This document shows positions 59,201 to 64,000 of a stretch of 64,000 bases of DNA, piece by piece. Below the pieces are notes generated by a model that was given only the letters and a program-made list of their open reading frames with translations, was not told the origin of the DNA and searched no databases. The first letter of the stretch is position 1. Each line of letters opens with the position of its first letter. This stretch comes from the human T2T-CHM13v2.0 reference genome, Homo sapiens: NCBI RefSeq assembly GCF_009914755.1, contig NC_060933.1. One strand, written 5' to 3'. Position numbers and translations under genes: made by a program.

Positions 59201-62000
59201 AATGGAGTGGAATGGAATGGAATGGAATGGAACAACACGAATGGAATGGAATGTAATGCAATGTAAGGCAGTTGAATAGATTCAATCCGAATGTAATGGA
59301 ATGGAATGCAACGGAATGGAATGGAATGGAATGCAATGGAATGCAATCAACCAGAGTACAATGGAATGGAATGGAATGGAATGGAATGGAATGCAATGGA
59401 ATGGAATCAACCCGAGTGCAATGGAATGGAGAGGAATGGAATGGAATGGAGTGGAAACTACCCGAATGGAATGGAATGCAATGGAATGGAATCAACCCGA
59501 GTGCAATGGAATGGAGAGAAATGGAATGGAATGGAGTGGAAACTACCCGAATGAAATGGAATGTAATGGAGTGTAAGGGAATTGAATAGAATCAATCCGA
59601 ATGTAATGGAAAGGAATGGAACGGAATGGATTGGAATGGAATGGAATGGAATGGAATGGAATGGAATGGAATGCAATGGAATGGAATCAACCCAAGTGCA
59701 ATCGAATGGAATCGAATGGAATGGAATGCAATGGAATGGAATCAACTCGATTGCAATCGAATGGAATGGAATGGAATTAACCCGAATAGAATGGAATGGA
59801 ATGGAATGGAAAGGAACGGAATGGAATAGAATGGAATGGAATGGAATGGAACGGAACGGAACGGAATGGAATGGAATGGAATGGAATCAACACGAGTGCA
59901 GGGGAATGGAATGGAATGGAATGCAATGGAATGGAATCTTCCGGAATGGAATGGAATGGAATGGAATGGAATGAAATGCAATGGATTCAACTCGATTGAA
60001 ATGGAATGGAATAGAATGGAATGGAATGGAATGGAATGGAATGAACACGAATAGAATGGAATGGAATGCCATGGAACGGAATGGAACGGAATGGAATGGA
60101 ATGGAATGGAGTGGAATGGTATGGAATGGAATGGAATGGTATGGAATAGAATGGAATGCAACGAATTGTAATGGAATGGAATTGAATGGAATGGAATGGA
60201 ATCAACGCGAGTGCAGGGAATGTAATGGAACGGAATGCAATGGAATGGAATCATCCGGAATGGAATGGAATGGAATGGAATGGAATGGAATGAAATCAAC
60301 CCGAGTGCAATGGAATGGAGTGGAATGGAATGGAATGGAATGGAACAACACGAATGGAATGGAATGTAATGGAATGTAAGGGAGTTGAATAGAATCAATC
60401 CGAATGTAATGGAATGGAATGCAACGGAATGGAATGGAATGGAATGCAATGGAATGCAATCAACCAGAGTACAATGGAATGGAATGGAATGGAATGGAAT
60501 GGAATGGAATGGAATGGAATGGAATGCCTTCAAACCGAATGGAATGGAAAGGAATGGAATCAACACGAGTGGAATGGAATGGAATGGAATGGAATGGAAT
60601 GGAATGGAATGGAATGATACGGAATAGAATGGAATGGAACGAAATGGAATGGAATGGAATGGAATGGAATGGAATGGAATGGAATGGAATGGAATCGTTC
60701 CGAGTGGAATAGGAGGGAATGTATTCGAGTGGAATGGAAAGGAATGGAATCAATCAGAGTGGAATGGAATGGAATGGAATGGAATGGAAACTAATAGAAT
60801 GGAATCAACCCGATTGGAATGGAATGGAAAGGACTGGAATGGAATGGAATGGAATGGAATCAACTCGATTGTAATGGAATGGAATGGAATGGAATGGAAT
60901 GGAATGGAATGGAATGGAATTAACCCGAATACAACGGAATGGAATGGAAAGGAACGGAATGGAGTGGAATGGAATGGAATCAACCCGAGTGCAGGGGAAT
61001 GGAATGGAATGGAATGCAATGGAATGGAATCATCCGGAATGGAATGGAATGGAATGGAATGCAAAGCAATGGAATCAACTCGATTGCAATGGAATGGAAT
61101 GGAATGGAAAGGAATACATTGGAATCAACCCGAATGGAATGGAATGGAAAGGACTGGAATGGAGTGGAATGGAATAGAATGGAATGCAATGGAATGGAAT
61201 GAACTCGATTGGAATGGAATGGAATGGAATGGAATGGAATGGAATTAACCCGAATAGAATGGAATGGAATGGCATGGAACGGAACGGAACGGAATGGAAT
61301 GGAATGGAATGGAATGGAATGGAATGGAATGGAATTAACCCGACTGCAGGGGAATGGAATGGAATGGAATGCAATGGAATGGATTCAACTTGAATGGAAT
61401 GGAAAGAATGGAATCAACACGAGTGGAATGGCATGGATTGGAATGGAATGGAATGGAATGAACCCGAGTACAGGGGAATGGAATGGAATGGAATGCAATG
61501 GAATGGAATCATCCGTAATGGAATGGAAAGGAATGGAATGGAATGGAATGGAATGGAATGGAATGGAATGGAATGGAATCAACTCGATTGCAATCGAATG
61601 GAATGGAATGGAATTAACCCGAATAGAATGGAATGGAATGGAATGGAACGGAACGGAATGGAATGGAATGGAATGGAATGGAATGGAATGGAATGGAATG
61701 GAACGGAAAGGAATGGAATGGAATGGAATGGAATGGAATGGAATGGAATGGAATCAACGCGAGTGCAGGGGAATGGAATGGAATGTAATGCAATGGAAAG
61801 GAATCTTCCGGAATGGAATGGAATGGAATGGAATGGAATGGAATGGAATGGAATGGAATAAACCCGAGTGCAATGGAATGGAGTGGAATGGAATGGAATG
61901 GAATGGAACAGCCCGAATCGAATGGAATGTAATGTAGAGTAAGGGAGTTGAATAGAATCAATTCGAATGTAATGGAATGGAATGGAACGGAATGGAATTG
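56250..62000. repeat. Overlapping duplications with 2.07 kb and 3.19 kb offsets
   Basis: 56250-57290 matches 58320-59360 (identical ORFs 56695/58767; private CACGAAAAGAA, GTAAAGAATAGT). ~57000-58790 matches ~60190-62000 (identical ORFs 57200/60385; AACAGCCCGAATCG at ~56626, 58697, 61907). Confidence 0.85.
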
Positions 62001-64000
62001 AATGGAATGGAATGGAATGCAATGGAATGGAATCAACCCGAGTGCAATGGAATGGAGAGGAATGGAATGGAATGGAATGGAAACTACCCGAATGGAATAG
62101 AATGTAATGGAGTGTAAGGGAATTGAATAGAATCAATCCGAATGTAATGGAATGGAATGGAACGGAATGGAATGGAATGGAATGGAATGGAATGGAATGG
62201 AATGGAATGCAATGGAATGGAATCAACCCGAGTGCAATCGAATGGAATCGAATGGAATGGAATGCAATGGAATGGATTCAACTTGAATGGAATGGAAAGA
62301 ATGGAATCAACACGAGTAGAACGGCATGGATTGGAATGCAATGGAATTGATTCAACCCGAGTACAGGGGAATGGAAGGGAATGGAATGCAATGGAATGGA
62401 ATCATCCGTAATGGAATGGAAAGGAATGGAATGGAATGGAATGGAATGGAATGGAATGGAATCAACACGATTGCAATCGAATGGAATGGAATGGAATTAA
62501 CCCGAATAGAATGGAATGGAATGGAATGGAACGGAACGGAATGGAATGGAATGGAATGGAATGGAATGGAACGGAACCGAACGGAACGGAATGGAATGGA
62601 ATGGAATGGAATGGAATGGAATGGAATGGAATCAACGCGAGTGCAGGGGAATGGAATGGAATGGAATGCAATGGAATGGAATCTTCCGGAATGGAATGGA
62701 ATGGAATGGAATGGAATGGAATGAAATGCAATGGATTCAACTCGATTGCAATGGAATGGAATAGAATGGAATGGAATGGAATGGAATGGAATTAACCCGA
62801 ATAGAATGGAATGGAATGGAACGGAATGGAACGGAATGGAACGGAATGGAATGGAATGGAATGGAATGGAATGGAATGGTATGGAATGGAATAGAATGGT
62901 ACGGAATAGAATGGAATGGAACGAATTGTAATGGAATGGAAGTGAATGGAATGGAATGGAATGGAATGGAATCAACGCGAGTGCAGGGGAATGTAATGGA
63001 ACGGAGTGCAATGGAATGGAATCATCCGGAATGGAATGGAATGGAATGGAATGGAATGGAATGGAATGGAATGCAAAGGAATGGAATCAACCCGAGTGGA
63101 ATGGCATGGAATGGAATGCAATGGAATGGAATGGAATGGAATCAACTCGAGTGGAAAGGAATGGAATGGAATGGAAAGGAATGGAATGAAGTCAACTCGA
63201 GTGGAATGGAATGGAATGGAATGGATTGGAATGGATTGCAATGGAATGAAATGGAATGGAATGGAATCAATCATTCCGAGTGGAATGGAAGGGAATGTAA
63301 TGGAGTGGAAAGAAGGGAATGGAATCAACCCGAGTGGAATGCAAGGCAATGGAATGGAATGGAAAGGAATGGAATGGAATCAACTCGATTGCAATGGAAT
63401 GGAATGGAATGGAATGGAATGGAATGGAATGGAATGGAATGGAATTAACCGGAATAGAATGGAATGGAATGGAATGGAACGGAATTGAATGGAATGGAAG
63501 GGAATGGAATCAACACGAGTGCAGGGGAATGGAATGGAATGGAATGCAATGGAATGGAATCATCCGGAATGGAATGGAGTGGAATGGAATCAACTCCATT
63601 GCAATGGAATGGAATGGAATGGAATGGAATAGAATGGAATGGAATTAACCCGAATAGAATGGAATGCAATAGAATGGAATGCAACGGAACCGAATGGAGT
63701 GGAATGGAATGGAATGGAATCAACCCGAGTACAGGGGAATGGAATGGAATGGAATGCAATGGAATGGAGTCATCCGTAATGGGATGGAAAGGAATGGAAT
63801 GGAATGGAATGGAATGGAATGGAATCAACTCGATGGCAATCGAATGGAATGGAATGGAATTAACCCGAATAGAATGGAATGGAATGGAATGGAACGGAAC
63901 GGAATGGAATGGAACGGAATGGAATGGAATGGAACGGAACGGAATGGAATGGAATGGAATGGAATGGAATCAACGCGAGTGCAGGGGAATGGAATGGAAT

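Larger units (their letters stand above)
29411..64000 (-). repeat. HSat3 array, inverted (GGAAT on + strand)
   Basis: Continuous (GGAAT)n with CAACCCGAGT/CAACCCGAAT. The variant motifs are reverse complements of those in the left arm. Confidence 0.96.
44946..64000 (-). repeat. HSat3 domain B' (inverted B)
   Basis: Reverse-complement B markers begin at ~45078 (CAACGCGAGTG). Also AATCTTCCGG, GGAGAGTAAGGGAGTT, CATCCGTAAT, ATTCAACTTGA, GCCTTCAAACC. Confidence 0.78.

Noticed and set aside
291-63828. Hundreds of ORFs up to 455 aa (MEWNG / IPFHS repeats)
   Set aside because: A 5-bp repeat without stop codons gives the same peptide in all frames. The ORFs overlap on both strands, have no domain content and flip with the satellite. 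Not called as CDS.
1-64000. CRISPR-like repeat/spacer array
   Set aside because: The interspersed 10-15 bp motifs come from a small recurring set rather than unique spacers. Spacing is irregular, there are no cas genes and the context is eukaryotic satellite.
1-64000. HSat2, alpha satellite or telomeric repeat
   Set aside because: CATTCGATTC is sporadic rather than dominant. I saw no 171-bp monomer, no CENP-B box context and no TTAGGG tracts.
1-64000. Specific chromosome (e.g. 9q12 or an acrocentric arm), species or named HSat3 subfamily
   Set aside because: This cannot be determined by eye. It needs subfamily k-mer classification or alignment to T2T assemblies.

Overview
All 64 kb is classical human/great-ape-type Satellite III (HSat3): (CATTC)n with the interspersed 10-mer A(C/T)TCGGGTTG and other variant motifs. 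I see no genes, RNA genes or transposons, and the ORF track is an artefact of the pentamer, which reads MEWNG or IPFHS without stops. There is still real structure. (1) A clean strand switch at 29410/29411 (CATTC on + to GGAAT on +), with only GG microhomology and no insert. (2) Sequence domains are mirror-ordered around it: A/C mosaic 1-9.4 kb | B 9.4-20.7 kb | C 20.7-29.4 kb || C' 29.4-44.9 kb | B' 44.9-64 kb. These letters are my labels, not published subfamily names. (3) Nested duplications of about 0.41, 0.77, 0.9, 1.8, 2.07, 2.4, 3.19, 3.57, 4.55 and 7.5 kb. (4) Only in B/B', a single T>A variant forms a perfect three-unit heat-shock element (ATTCC GGAAG ATTCC, about 23 copies counted by eye), and a 14-bp palindrome TCGATTGCAATCGA recurs. 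I found no new protein-coding system. The best candidate for something undescribed is a mirror-symmetric satellite locus with HSE-rich outer domains flanking an HSE-free inverted core. Chromosome, species and named subfamily cannot be fixed without alignment. Counts and boundaries were read by eye, and domain edges are approximate (about ±100 bp).
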